A stretch of 63,758 bases of DNA, the filler included, from Reticulomyxa filosa (taxonomy: Eukaryota > Protista > Foraminifera): assembly GCA_000512085.1 (NCBI GenBank). It is 15 parts of 15 records of this genome, joined end to end, with 100 filler letters (N's around TTAATTAATTAA, not from the genome) between each part and the next. Parts side by side here need not be neighbours in the genome. Positions count along the whole stretch, not along the records: positions 23,685 to 27,797 come from ASPP01006171.1; positions 27,898 to 29,417 come from ASPP01001779.1; positions 29,518 to 36,752 come from ASPP01008549.1; positions 36,853 to 37,853 come from ASPP01037662.1; positions 37,954 to 39,605 come from ASPP01050762.1; 10 more parts are not named here. One strand, 5' to 3'. The position numbers and the translations under genes were made by a program. The first letter of the stretch is position 1. Each line of letters begins with the position of its first letter. A model generated the notes under the pieces. It did no database searches, was not told where the DNA came from, and saw only the letters and a program-made list of their open reading frames with translations. Below are positions 25,486 through 38,267 of the stretch, piece after piece.

Positions 25486-26049
25486 TCATTCATGTGCAAC
25501 GAAATGACTCTCATTTGTGGTTTGAGTTTTGGTAGTAAGTTTATCTTTTTTGGTCGCAACTTTACTTCGAAACGACAAGATTTTCGAAAAGGGTCTCCTC
25601 GACTGTTGTTGCTGTTGTTGTGGGGGTGGAGGCGAGCGCTCGTTCTTCGGGACGTGTTTGATCCGCAAGGGCTGCAAGTTGATTTGAAACGTGTCACTTC
25701 GATTGAAAGTATCGGCAGCTGGTGCTGTAGTCTGTGAGGGCAGAGACGACGGCGCGGACGCAGATATGATGTCGTCTTGTGTGGGCAAAAAATTGCCTAG
25801 CACATCATTTTTTATTTCAGTGTCTACATCATGACTGATAATGGGAGAGACCGGAGAAGTGTTTTCGAGCGCCACGACCCCGTCATTTCCATTGCGAGCA
25901 GAAGTGGAAGTCACAGGTGAACCAAAAGTGGAGCAAGATGATGACGAAGAAAAGAGCGAAGGAGAAGAGGATGACAATAAAGAAAAAGTTGCGTCTTTTA
26001 GACGTTGAGAGGTCGATTGCTGTTTGATCTGTGCATCAATGTTATTGCC

Positions 26050-26088
<39 letters not shown>

Positions 26089-26533
26089 GTTGCTGCTGTT
26101 AGTGATACCAGAATTCATAACATATTTACGAGTTGGACTTTTCTCTGGGTTTGTTGAATAAGCAGAAGACGAAACATTGTCGTCGTGCTTATAGCCATAT
26201 GTCCAAATTGGATTGGGATTGCCTCTAGACACGACAGGGCTGGCATCATCTTCGGCTGTACACATGATATCAGTATCCGTCTCGCTAATGCAAATGGCCA
26301 AGTCTTTGTCTATCCGCTTTGTCACCTTTTGGGCCTTGAACTGATCGCTTTCACGTGGAAGTTCGGCAATCAGGTCGCTTGTCTCGTGCCAATACTTTGC
26401 ATAATGATCGCTCTTGGGCTTTGTCGCGTGTTGCTTCGTGGACGCATCTCGGCCAGGTGTGAATGTCGATGTCGATACTGACGTCGGAGTGGGGGGCATC
26501 GTCGTCGTCGTCGTCATCGTTGTCGTCGTCGTC

Positions 26534-26571
<38 letters not shown>

Positions 26572-27540
26572 CGATGTTGCGGTCATTGTCATAATTTCAC
26601 TCTCATGGGTGTTCAATGAAATATCGTCATCATTGACCGGGGTCAATACGATTGCTCGTATCGTTGTGCCAGTGACCGATGTGGAAGATGTTTTGGAAGG
26701 GTCATGCGTTTGGATGTAATGTGACTGCAATTGCGATTGTGATTGCATTCGTGTGCGTACTGCCGAAGGGGATTGATCCGATGTCGATGCAAGTGTTGGA
26801 TCGGTCAATGAAGTCAATGAATATTTACTAACAGTTTTATTATTGTTATTGTTCGTATAATTATAACTATTATTATTGTGGTGGCTGTTGACATGACTAT
26901 TGTAATAACCACTTGCCATGCCTGGAGGAATAAAATCAAGGTCCGACATGGCCGCATGGTCGTCGTATTCACTCGCAAAATTTGTTTCGCTCTCGAATAA
27001 ACTATTGTCTCTCCGATTCTCCTCATCTCTTGTCGACTCACGGAATCGAATTGCAGATTTCGTCTTCGTCGGAGGGATTGCAGATACGTCCAACTCTTTT
27101 TCGTCCTCGCGACTTTCCATTTCTTTTTCATTGTCAAGATCGGTAAGATCCATTGACATGTTTGGGCTATTTAATGTGTTCCACGACATCGATGACACTC
27201 TTTCTTTTTCGCTGTCCATCACTAATCAATTTGCATACATATAAAGTATGAAAAGGATGTATGATTGTTAAAAAAAGAATGTATTCGTTTGGAAGGAGAC
27301 ACAGTAAAGAGAAAAGAAAGGAAACTCGAGGAAGCAGTGGATTCTTGAATTGGAGCCAATGTTGGTTTTCCGAGTTGACTCGGAGGCATCAATACAGCCC
27401 ATTGTTTTGGAGTTGAATGGTGTGTATCTTCCGCTGTCTGTTCGGCGTCAATATGTCTTCCTCCTCCTTTTTCTTTTTCATTATCATCATTATCATCATT
27501 ATCATTATTATCATCTTCATCTTCATCTTCTTTTCTTTCT

Positions 27541-27572
<32 letters not shown>

Positions 27573-27790
27573 TTTTTCGTGTTGTTTCCCTTGCTCGTCG
27601 TCCTCGGGACTCATTTCTTTTTGCCTGCTTTTGCTCTTGCGTTTGGCTCCATGTGACACGTCTATATTGGAGACGCGAGCACTTAATTCCGTGCGTGGTA
27701 CCAATTGAGCGGAGAGGGCAGAAGTGAGTCGGACCGACGATTTGACGACCAGAGGAACAGAAGGGCTGTTGACTTCGGTATGGTCCTGTT
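25486..27790 (-). CDS. Large intrinsically disordered low-complexity protein (poly-E/D, poly-N, poly-T, poly-Q)
   Basis: 578-aa ORF 25486-27222 plus an upstream 160-aa ORF 27222-27704, separated by a short intron-like AT-rich stretch; no folded domain recognised. Confidence 0.65.
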
Positions 27791-27899
27791 CATACTTNNN
27801 NNNNNNNNNNNNNNNNNNNNNNNNNNNNNNNNNNNNNNNNNTTAATTAATTAANNNNNNNNNNNNNNNNNNNNNNNNNNNNNNNNNNNNNNNNNNNNGT

Positions 27900-28240
27900 T
27901 TTTCAATTATCTGTCATTGCTGAATAATAGACTTCTGCAATGCGACAAATATTTTACATTTCATTGTGTCTTGAAGTGTTTCTAATTTAGAATATGTCAG
28001 TGATTATCATCTGTGCATGATAGCATAGTTTGATCATCTGGAGAAAATTTCAAATTGTGGATATTATCAATTTTTTAATCTTTGTTTGTGATGCTGTATC
28101 CATATTCGAATTACAACAGTTCATTTCCTTTCTTGAATTGGTATTTCACTATCGAATTATTTGATCATTTGAATCACGATCATTTTTGCCATTGTGCATT
28201 ATTGACAATACACACTGTCCATAGACTTTAGATGTGCATC
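27900..28240 (-). pseudogene. WD40-repeat gene relic
   Basis: Minus-strand fragments DSNDQIIR**NTNSRKEM, VIRIW and FSPDDQTMLSCTDDN match WD40 consensus pieces but are broken by stops and indels. Confidence 0.55.
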
Positions 28241-28379
28241 CATTTTTTAATCTCTTATTATTAGTAGAAATATATTTAAATAATAACCAAAAAAAAATTA
28301 TATGTAACTTTCAAACACTTAGCAGCTGCTGTGCTTCGTCGTTTTTGGCACAAATCAAAATAATACAACGTGGACGTCA

Positions 28380-29417
28380 ACAGGGTGGCAAATACACTTT
28401 GGCATTTCGCAAAGCCAGCTTTTAACGGTGCAGAAAACAAGATATGGTAACGCCGAACAACAAGTCCCGCAGTGTCAACACAAACCCTCTAGATCAGTCT
28501 CCGGTTACGTACCGACTGAACCGCCGTTACGCAAATACCGCAATTCCATGTCGCACCACCCACATTTGTTAGCTACAGATAACGATGAGGCATTGCAGAA
28601 CAAAGTTAAGAGTTACCTAACTTCCCGAATATCAAAAAAGAAAAGGAATTGCAAGTAGCATATGATTAAAATTCCCCACTTAACCAAGGTTTTTATATAA
28701 ATAAAGAAGAAAGTAGTAGATAGGACGACAAAAACGACAAATTTAAACTGACTGAGTCAAAAATATTTGACCAATAACAACAACGCATTGCCGAAGTGAC
28801 TAAAGACACTATAGCACATGCGCCAGCAAATCACCAGCACACTACAAAAATCATTCAACAACTACATGGAAAACGAAATGCAACAGAAACAAGAGCCTGC
28901 AATCCATACAATACAATCACATGCAAAAAGTGAAGACAATCGCCCGAAAGACACATTCCCGCATCCAACGATACACCAAACTTACGTGTGGCCAAAGAAG
29001 CATTGCAAAATCATGGTCATTACAATGCCGTCACCATCCAATTGCACCCGACACCTGATACTAGTAAAATCCATGCGTTCGAATTGATTCCATATGCCCC
29101 TCAGTTGAATCCCTCGCCAACCTGTCAATACAATCACTGGAACGAATCCCAAGCATTGAAGTCATCAATCCAGCCACTTCAGTTCCACCTTCCAACCAAA
29201 TCAATTCAATGCGCGAAATCACCGATGACACACTCGAGCACAACAATAGAATTGAAAAGTAGCAGCAAATAGATCCCATCGGCCGACATAACACAAATTC
29301 ATTAGCAAAGACCGATTCCACCAAGGCCTCAAACACCTCCCAAACAAGTGATAAAACCACCAAACACACGCTGTCCGATTCCGACAAAAGCCACGCGCAA
29401 TCCGATTCAAGTAGTGA
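28380..29417 (+). pseudogene. Fragmented coding-like region (unidentified; possibly transposon-derived)
   Basis: Several overlapping 76-94 aa ORFs in alternating frames with A/C-rich bias; no diagnostic motif. Confidence 0.25.
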
Positions 29418-29532
29418 NNNNNNNNNNNNNNNNNNNNNNNNNNNNNNNNNNNNNNNNNNNNTTAATTAATTAANNNNNNNNNNNNNNNNNNNNNNNNNNN
29501 NNNNNNNNNNNNNNNNNAAAAAAAAAAAAAAA

Positions 29533-31448
29533 GATCTCGATCACGCAGCCGAAGTACTGACAGCGAGGGATCGTCTTCGTCAAGCGAGTCAAGCCACAGT
29601 CGTGATCATTCCAAACACAAACCCAAAAAAACCAGACACAAACGTTCAAAATCCGGGTTTGTTTTTTTTTTTTTTTAACTTTTGTCCCCCCCCTAATTGT
29701 TGTTTCACTAAAATGTATGAACTTTTTTTTTTAAATTTATTTATTTATTTATTTATTTTTTTTGGGGGGGGGGGGTAAATGTTATAAATAAAAAGTTCAT
29801 CCTCTTCGGAAAAAAGCAGCTCGGATTCGGATTCGTCCAAGCGTGGTAAGAAGGACAAGAAAAGCAAGAAGAAGAAGTCGAGCCGCCGTCACTCGAAGCG
29901 AAAGCGCAACATGAGCCACTCAAGCAGCGATTCTCTGCGAGGCAGCAGCAATGGTTACCACGGCAGTAACCACGCTCGAAATGGCCATAATGATGGTCGA
30001 AGTTATTTTGATGGGGCCATGACACGGTACGTTTTTATTTTATTCTATTTTATTTATTCATTATTTTTTATTTTTATTTTTTATTTATGTTGTTGGCTGT
30101 TTGCTGTATTTTGCTCACAGCAAACCACCCCCCAAAGGTGTTGGTCTTTGAAAACTTCACATGACTGTATACGTATACGTATGTAAACTTCAAACTTGCA
30201 ACCGCTTGTTTTTGAAACTTGAACGCGGAGAGATAGATATAGATATGAGAGAATATTTTAAAAAAAAAAAAAAAAAAGCGCAAACTGTGAACCAACAATA
30301 AGAAAAAAATAAAAATAAAAAACAACACATTTTTGAAAACGGCAAATCGTGGCTGGAAGTCTTGAAACCCCAAACTTTCGTGGTGTTAGCTTGAATGTGA
30401 AACTTGTCAAACTGATTTCAAACGGAAAAAAAAAAACAAACCAAACCCAACCCAAAACAACCAACAACCTTTGAAACGTACACTGCCAGTGTCGTCAAGG
30501 AAACTTTGAAAAGAACAAGAAGGCAAAAACAATAATCAAATACGCACACACACACAAACATATAAGTTGTTGTCAGCGTGAATGCAAAATCCTTCATTCA
30601 TCTTTTTTATTTAAAAAAACAAAACCAAAAAAAAACAAAAAAAAAAAACCATGTCAATACATAGATACGGAGGTGGTCGCCGATTTGGAGGGTACGCTGG
30701 ACGAGGACTTGACAGAGAAAGAGAGGTATGCTTCTTTGATGATGTGCATAAAACAAACAACTCCTCAGTGCTTTGGAAACGTAGCGTGTTATGTTATATT
30801 ATGTGCATATGCTTTTTCATACACGTGACGACACTAAACAGAATCCTCCTCCTAACAATGTCTTGGGATGCTTTGGACTGTCACAAAGCACGGATGAGCG
30901 CACACTACGACAGACTTTCCAAGATTTTGGACGCATTGATAAGGTCACACTCATCATGGACAGAAAAGTTGAGTAATGAGAGAGAGAGAAAAAAGTTTGA
31001 AGGGACTTTTCTTTTTATTGTATTCATTATTGTAGGCTCGAAAAGAGGGGGTTTTCTATCTATATTATAGACTGGAGCTTCAAAAGGCTATGCTTTCATC
31101 TATTTTGAAAGTGAACGTGATGCTACTTCTGCTAAAGAAGCTTGTGCTGGCATTGTATGTCTTTTTTTTTTTTAAAAAAAAAAGGAAATACTCTTCAACT
31201 GGTTTAAATATGCCACTCTACTTTGTTTTGTTTTTTTGCGATAGATATTGGATGGACGAAAAATACGTATTGATTACTCTTTGACGAGTAAAGCACACAC
31301 TCCGACACCGGGAAACTATTTAGGCTACCGCAGCATCGATAGATACCGCCGCCGCGACAGTCGCAGCAAAAGCCGGTCTGGAAGCAAAAGTCGGTCACGA
31401 AGTCGCTCCAAGTCTTCTTCAAAATCGGGCTCGCGCTCAAACAAATAA
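29533..31448 (+). CDS. TRA2: Transformer-2 family splicing regulator (RS-RRM-RS); 5' end lost at the gap
   Basis: RS-rich exons are followed by NPPPNNVLGCFGLSQSTDERTLRQTFQDFGRI..|TGASKGYAFIYFE..|ILDGRKIRIDYSLTSKAHTPTPGNYLG, which contains the Tra2-specific HTPTPG linker. An RS tail runs to TAA at 31448. Confidence 0.92.
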
Positions 31449-32034
31449 AGGAACAAAACTCAAACAAATGAAAAAAGGAAAGGGAGGAGAAAATTTATTA
31501 AAAGACTGAATTTGAACCAATTCGTTGAAAGTGTTTGTTCAACTTTTTATCCTATCATATTCATTGATATTCATACGCAAAAAAAAGGGAAAGAACTTGA
31601 CTGTCAAACTAATGCTTCCGCAACGTTTTTATCATAATTTTTTTTCTCCCGTAAGAACAACCAGAGAAAATGCATTACCATATCAATTCACTTTTTATGT
31701 TTTTTAATTTTTTTTTTATGTTTTTCTGTTGGCTTTTTGTTGGTTTGTTTATAGCGAGACTCGAATATTAAATTATTTTATACACACATTTTTGAGTTTC
31801 ACTTTTCTCAAAAACAGAAAAACTTAATCACAGTCTTTCCCACAAATAATCGTATTAGGAAGAACCTTTTTAACAAAATTTACTTTTAAAGAAAACGGAT
31901 CGTGGAGAACAGATTATATTGCAAATAAATCACATTTTATAAGTGTTCAAAATGTATCCACTTTGAATTAGTCAATTCAGTTCCAAAATTTGGTGTATTA
32001 TCACAAAGCAATTTTAATTAATCCGTCACAAAAA

Positions 32035-33346
32035 TTAAAATTTGCACACAGATTTCCAAGGTCGTAAACTTTCCGTAAAGTCTTTCAAGTTGATTTTGCC
32101 ATCTTGATCAATATCCAACTGTGAAAATGCTGCCACTGCTTCAGGCTCATTCCATTCTTTTCCACTCTAAGCAAAGAGAAAAACAGCCAAAATTATTAAA
32201 ACTAACGAATATTATAAAAGAAAGAACCAATGAGATAAATCAAACAATTTCACACTATAACTTTTGTTAATGCAGTTTTCATTTCCTCCAAGTCAATAAA
32301 ACCGTCTCCATTTAGCTATTTTTATAAGTTTCAAAAAATAGAATTTAACATTTTACTGTCTTTTTTTATGTATTTACTAAACATCAAACTTTGAAAATGC
32401 ATTAATAAGTTGGTTATCGATGCTTATTTTCTTTTTTTTAAAAAAAGAACCAAATCTTCACGTTCAATTTTTCCATCTTGGTTCGCGTCAATTCTTTTCA
32501 ACAACTCGTATATGTCTTCATGGGAGCAATTCCATGTGTTAACTTAATCGCGTCAATCAAATTTTAAATATCCCATCTTTTGCTCGTTGTTGACATCCAA
32601 GTATTTCCAAATGTTATCCATTTGTTGTATTGAAATATCCAAATTCCATTCTACATTTACCCCACTATTTTCTATTGGTAAATCGGCTACATCTGATTTT
32701 TGGTGCTCTTCAACAAAGAGTGTTGCTTGTGTCTGCAAAATATATTCTATCAATTCCAAAAACTTTTCGATCGTGATTTCATCAGAGAGTTCGGAATTTT
32801 TTGTTAGGGTTTGCCATTCACTGCAGTTTTTTGTAACGCACGTTTCTGTGAACTTTTCTCTTTGACACCCTTTTTTTTGTTCTCCACAAACCTGTCAACC
32901 ATGTGTTCATCAATGTTAACATCTATGTTACAATAATGCGTGATTTCTTGGGCTATTATTTGCACTTCATCTTTTGAAATACTCACAGTTTTTTGTAGTA
33001 ATTTGCTTGGACTGTTTTTTTCTTGTTCTTGAGCATCTGCGTCTGTACTTTCGTTATTTTGTGCTAACTTGTTCTCAGTTACCTCATTTTGTTGAGTAAT
33101 TTCTGAAGTAGTTGGAATGATATCAGGAGGGGCTTCCTCTTTTACAGTATCACTTAAAAGAGGAGCTTGAGCATTGTTTGTTTCAATTGAACTAGAAATG
33201 TTTGTTGCGACATTTTCGTGTTGTTCTGTTGGAACGTGCACTTCATTTTCATTTGTATGTTGCAAATTGCTACTGATACTTGTTTCAGAAAGAGGCTGTG
33301 GAGAATTTTCTTTCTGTGGTTCTTCTACAACGATTGTCTCTGTCAT
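32035..33346 (-). CDS. EF-hand calcium-binding protein (four loops) with an acidic disordered N-terminus; several indels in this assembly
   Basis: Loops DVNNEQKMG, DANQDGKIERED, D|LNGDGFIDLEE and DIDQDGKINLKD with calmodulin-like spacing. Reading through needs +1 nt at T8 32871-32878, a compensating indel pair at ~32535-32568, and +1 nt at T8 32432-32439. Confidence 0.75.
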
Positions 33347-33698
33347 TTCTAAATTTTTTGTTTTTTTTGATTTCTTTTGTTTCCAATTACTATGCTTAAT
33401 ATAACGTAATGAAATAGCTTATGAGTTTTCCAAATATTTTTTTCTTGTTGGATTACTCCAGAACTTAAAATCAACTTACTTAGAAATTATACAAAACAGA
33501 TGAAATTTGTAGAAAATATTTTTGTTAATTTGAAGGACTAGCAAAAAAAGCTTTGTTGAAATTCCGAGGCCCACTGTTCGAATTATAAAAGAAAAGATAT
33601 TATTCAAACCTTGCTGTTTTTTTTATTTTTTCATTCCACAGCTGCAATTTGCAGTTCGAAGTAATAGACAAAACATCCACACACCGTAAACACAAGAG

Positions 33699-35730
33699 TC
33701 ATTGCTGTTCCATGAAAGTATCTTCATTGCAGTGTTTTTCTTTGACATAATTTGGCTGTAGCGTCAAAACATTTTCATTGTAATTGGAGGCGATGAATTG
33801 TTGAACTAATTGCAAACTTGGCTGTGATGAATTTGGAAAAATTAATTGTTGGCTGAGACAGTTGTCAGTTGATTTTTCCTCTAGGCTGTCTTCTTGTTGA
33901 GGCAATATGTCAGTTATCTCCCACTTGATTTCAGCTACCTCAGATCGGGATTGAGATAATGTTTTTGTTACATCACGAATACTTTCTTTCAGTTCTTCCC
34001 ACTTCTCATTTTTTGCACATTGATATCGTTTGCTACGTTCTCGCTTTTTTTTTTTTTTTTTTACATACAAGCCGATAGGTGTCAGTGGAGGACATTACAT
34101 ATATAATATCGTGTTATGTAACAAAACATACCATGCGCAAAACAGTCATGTTATGTTCTCTTGACCGATGTTGTGCCTCTTCGTGCGTGAGATCCAATAT
34201 GTGTTGCGCATTTTGAATATCCTTGTCTTGTGCCAATGTCATCTTCCATTCTGAAATACTTTCAGCTGTAGGATCATCTTTAAGGCGCAATATCTTCATT
34301 TGGTCAATGATCGATTCGTCATCAGCGAATCGTTTGATCGTTTGCTCATTAAAGTCCTTTTCTTTCAGAATTTCTGCATTCAATTGTTGCAACAAGCGTA
34401 GTTGTCTTTGGCGACTTTGCAATTGCCTACGGAGGTTTTCTTTCTGCATTTCTGCTCCCCCAATAGGGTGCAATCCCCGCGCATCATCCGTCTCATTTGT
34501 GTCTGGTGAAATATCCAATGTGAACATTTTCATTTGCTGGTATAACGATTCGGCCTTTTTTTCAAACGAGCTGCATACTTCCAACATCGCCTTTGTAATG
34601 CATTTAAACGGAGATTCGCTTTCAAGAGGGCCATACACATGTATTACAGACTCTTGTAGGTTGTGAAGCAGCATTTTTTCAAAGCTTTGTTTGTAATTTT
34701 TTGGTGTGCATGTGTGTATGTGTGTGTGTGTTATTGGTAATCATTCGATACAAATAAAATGACTTTTTTTTGCAAGACGAAAAAAAAAAAAAATTCAACT
34801 TTTCCAAGGCTTCCGCAGAGGTGTTTCCAGATATAACTTGAAATTGTATATTTGGAACAGGAAAAGGAGGGATGCTAACTGAATAAAGTGGACATGGATT
34901 GTTCTTGTCATGTTTTGACGCTTTTTTTTGTCTTTGCGTTTTCCTTTTCGCCGTTTCCTTTTGTTTATTTAGGCAGCAAAAAAACAAAAAAAAACAGTTG
35001 AAAAGAGAGAGAGAGAGAGAGAGACACACACAAACAAAACAAAATTCAATTTTAAAAATTATATGTATATGTCAAGTAACAGGTAATTGGAGTGACGTGT
35101 TATTTTGTGCTTTCTGTATACGCCGACTTTCTTCAATCACCACAGCATTATTTTCTAAACACACTTTGGTCGAGTTTTCACAGCTATTGTCTTTTGTTAT
35201 TTCATTTCTTTCTTTTGATTGATTGCATTCGTTATTTTATTGTTATTATTATTATTATTATTATTGTTATTGTTTTTCATAACACACACTTTTTTTTGTT
35301 AACCCTTTCTACCTCACTTTTTTTGTTGCAAACCTTGAGACGACGAATTTGATGTTGTTTGTTGATTGACATTTGGCTGAAATGCTGCAACAGGCTCACA
35401 AGACAATGGCTGCATTACATTCAATTGCCTGACATTTGAAACTGGCTTTTGACGCCGAAACCATGCAAATCCTGACGGCTGTTCATAAGCAATTATTATG
35501 TGATTCACTGGCAAGTGAGCCTTCTGTGCCACTGTTTCTCGACTTAACACTTTTCTTCGCTTTGATTGTGACTCACATTCAGTCGTCCCGTCGTCGTCCC
35601 CTCTTTTTTCTTCTTTCTTTTCTTTTTGTATTTCTGCTTCTCGAAAATGTGATATCACACGTTTGCGTGGGCTGTGTGTATCAAAAACGATTTTTTTAAG
35701 TGTAAAACGAAAGAAAGATTTTTTTCTCAT
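33699..35730 (-). CDS. Multi-exon protein with a basic disordered N-terminus and coiled-coil C-terminus, function unknown
   Basis: Colinear minus-strand ORFs (35314-35730, ~35082-35210, ~34800-34958, 34114-34674, 33699-34040) are separated by intron-like tracts with GT/AG ends. Confidence 0.55.
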
Positions 35731-36249
35731 TTAAAAAAAAAAAGTTGACACCCACCCCAGCTTGTTGTTAATTTAAATTTAATGTGAGGGAAAGCAGGGG
35801 TGGAAGCCGCCTCATAAATTAAGTAAACAGAAGATGTCTACAAAATTTATGGGGCTGAAAAACATCAAAAAGGACCACAACACTTTTGGCAACAAAAAAA
35901 ATACTCAGTATAATTCCTGAATTACCGTTCGTGAAAGCGAGGAAAAGATGGATTCCAATAAGAATCCGGTTTTGGAAAGGGATGGCGAATCCCTGGATGA
36001 GATATTGAGCTTGTCATAATGAAAACTGAACTGCACCCTTTTTTTTAACGAACCAACAAACTTATACACCGCAAACTGACGAATGATGCAAACATAATAA
36101 AGTGTTGTAATCAAAAGGATGCGCCAAAAAATTTTGCTCAAAAAAAGAAAATATCAGTTGAGATTAAAATACTCCTATTGTGCAGCTGAAAATGAATTTA
36201 AAGTGACAAGAAATTGAAAAGATGTTAAAAATCTCGCCGAAATAAAGAA

Positions 36250-36737
36250 CCCTCTTGTTGATAGTTATTATAGCGAAAGCAAAATTGAAAGTCAGCAGTT
36301 TTGCCAATACACTCGGCACCAAACAAAACACTCAAAAAAAAATAAGTCAATGTTTTAAAGAAACAATATCGTCCCTTTGTGAAAACTTTTGATGTGTTCC
36401 GTGAGAAGCGAGTTATCTGCAAACTTTTGGTCACACACATCACATGTGAGTTCAAGAAGAGATCCTTCCGTTTTGATTTCACGTGTAATTTGTGACGTTA
36501 AAGAGAGCGTGGATTTGGACTTTTCAGAAGTGCACCGGCTTTGGTGTTTTTCGCACCAAACTTGTCTTTTGAACTGTTTGCCGCAATTGGAACAAGAGTA
36601 GCAAAGCCCACGAGGTTTCGAGCACACCCCATTGGCGACATGATGACGCAGCGCGCTGGGGTCATTGAACCGACAAAGACACAATTTGCACTCAAATGGT
36701 TTCGTATTTGCGTGGATTAACTTGTGAATTTTTAACC
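36250..36737 (-). CDS. C2H2 zinc-finger protein, C-terminal fragment
   Basis: ..HKLIHANTKPFECKLCLCRFNDPSALRHH.., YSCSNCGKQFKRQVWCEKH, LTCDVCDQKFADNSLLTEHIKSFH. Confidence 0.85.
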
Positions 36738-36919
36738 TTTTTTTTTTTTTTTNNNNNNNNNNNNNNNNNNNNNNNNNNNNNNNNNNNNNNNNNNNNTTAA
36801 TTAATTAANNNNNNNNNNNNNNNNNNNNNNNNNNNNNNNNNNNNNNNNNNNNAAAAAAAAAGGTGGGTGAAAATTATTTTATGTTTGTTTGTTTTGAAAA
36901 AGATGTGGCAAAGACAAAC

Positions 36920-37827
36920 CGTATGTCTGTTGTGTGGCCTGTATGCATCCTTCCAATCCTGTTGTGCAAACTCGAGACGTGGTGTTGACAGTGTCTCCAA
37001 AAATTCGAAAGAATTTTCGCGTCGTTCCGATGATTGTTCCAATCACTGGGCCGGTGTGGATCCCCATTGTCAATTCGCAGTGGACTTGCAATTTTGCGTT
37101 GACCTTATCCACAATTCGACGAAACCTTAGTCCCAAACGAATTACTTTTTTGTAATTGTTGTATGATTTGTGTTTTTTAAGAGTATAGAAACGTTCAGAA
37201 GTCGAAACACAAGCAAAACTTGCTTCGGCATGGTTAAACGACTCGTCCTGAGACATTATGCCTCCGCAGACCAGATACGCATTTCCAACATGTTCGATTT
37301 TGACGACATCAAACTCCCAGCGCTGAATTTCTTTTAATTTTTCCCATCAATATACCAAAACGCAAGACATAAAGTTAACATGCATGATTTTTAAAAAAAG
37401 GTGGGAAAAAAAAAGGGAAATTTGCAGACTTGAACGTAACGAATAAATTTCTAACCTTTGTCAAGGTTTATAACAAGGTAATGCAAAATTTCCACACATG
37501 TGGAATTGTCTTTTATTTTTTGCATGGTAGATTTGTTATAAAATGTAAAATATACAAAGCCAATTGTTACATCTTTTCTGTAAATCGGAACATCTCCTTT
37601 AAGTAATATCTGTTCTGTAACTGGGGCTGGCATTAAATTGTTCATAATGCGAGTATGCTCTTTTCTTTCCTCATACAATTGTGCACGATTAGACAAATCA
37701 TCAACTACAGTGAGTAATTGTTCTTTGCTGGCGAGGTATAAGCTGTTTACCGCTGATAAAATGCCACAATTAAATATAACGCATGAGTATAAAATATCAT
37801 TCCATGTAGCCCCATTGAAATCAGCTG
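36920..37827 (-). CDS. Class III adenylate/guanylate cyclase fragment (TM segment, signalling helix, one catalytic-type domain)
   Basis: Three exons: ..EERKEHTRIMNNLMPAPV..DVTIGFVYF.. | ..KIEHVGNAYLVCGG.. | ..MGIHTGPVIGTIIG..FRIFGDTVNTTSR. Confidence 0.88.
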
Positions 37828-38267
37828 CTATTTTGCAAAAATATAATATGTTTNNNNNNNNNNNNNNNNNNNNNNNNNNNNNNNNNNNNNNNNNNNNTTA
37901 ATTAATTAANNNNNNNNNNNNNNNNNNNNNNNNNNNNNNNNNNNNNNNNNNNNGTCGTTCCATTATTTAGCGAATCAAGAAAAATTGTGGATATTGGCAA
38001 TGTATTAGTGGCGCTGGATCCAGCTGAACAACATTTTACACCAGCAGTCTAGACCCCTCTTTTTCCACACAGTATTTGGTTATGTACTTGTTCCAAGTTC
38101 CTGTTACCTGTCGTTGTAATTATGTTTGGGTCCATTACTTAAAAAAGTTTTTTATATATACCTTTTTTTTTTTAATATATGTACATATTCAATAATTAAT
38201 AGCAAAACAACATCTTTATACGTATATTGATTATTTATTTTTATGTATTGTTTGAAATATTTTAACA

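Noticed and set aside
32540-32560. In-frame TGA and TAA in the EF-hand gene as evidence of stop-codon reassignment
   Set aside because: Well-supported genes end in TAA (PCNA), TGA (Rab) and TAG (DD3-3), long ORFs have no internal stops, and a compensating indel pair gives a better helix.
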